Shown: positions 63,770 through 64,000 of the stretch, piece by piece
How positions within the stretch are numbered: the first letter of the stretch is position 1
Layout of the letters: every line of letters starts with the position of its first letter
Assembly: GCF_963921235.1 (NCBI RefSeq)
Contig: NC_086097.1
Span: 48,362,001 to 48,426,000, forward strand
DNA: 64,000 bases
Direction of reading: 5' to 3'
Origin: Mobula hypostoma
Taxonomy: Eukaryota
Translations under genes and position numbers: made by a program
Notes under the pieces: model-generated
What the model saw: only the letters and a program-made list of their open reading frames with translations
What the model was told of the DNA's origin: nothing
The model's database searches: none

Positions 63770-63872
63770 TTCACAGTTCTTTTCCTTCTGCAGATGTTGT
63801 TTGACACTTTGAGTTCTTCTAGAACTTGCCTGTTGCTCCACAATCCAGCATCTGCAGCCTCTTGAGTCTCTA
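63770..63872 (+). mobile_element. PLE terminal-repeat fragment
   Basis: cagatgttgtttgac..gagttcttctag..tccagcatctgcag. Confidence 0.6.
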
Positions 63873-64000
63873 TAGGGAACGATTGACAGATCTAAGTTTT
63901 ATGTAACAGTCCAACTATATTGGAAGTTTAGGGATTTTTGTTTTGACTTGCAATTGTTCACCCCTAACACTGGAACTATTAAAACTGAATACTCCCCTCC

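Overview
AT-rich vertebrate genomic DNA, intergenic or deep intronic. The repeat families (HE1/V-SINEs, CR1, Rex/Babar, Neptune-like Penelope elements) suggest a cartilaginous fish, probably a ray; this is inference. I can support no intact host protein-coding gene, and every long ORF is retroelement-derived. The window is a layered retroelement landscape. It holds two Penelope-like (PLE) families carrying minimal hammerhead ribozyme (HHR) motifs, CR1, Rex/Babar, RTE, a Hero tail, an I/Nimb derivative, a co-oriented cluster of R4/Dong-type REL-endonuclease elements, Gypsy and BEL remnants, and two solo LTRs with target-site duplications (TSDs). Four items stand out. (1) A TSD-flanked 282-bp palindromic PLE-derived element with one hammerhead on each strand (29747-30028). 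(2) A TSD-flanked ORF1-only Nimb-like element whose ORF2 is replaced by decayed coiled-coil coding cargo (31029-33010). (3) A 4-copy R4/Dong cluster with insect-like motifs, a candidate HDV-like ribozyme remnant and a GC-rich exon-intron-exon fragment (40075-48540). (4) A three-level nested insertion with readable TSDs (26115-28680). All family assignments come from motif recognition by eye, without database searches, and boundaries of old elements are approximate.
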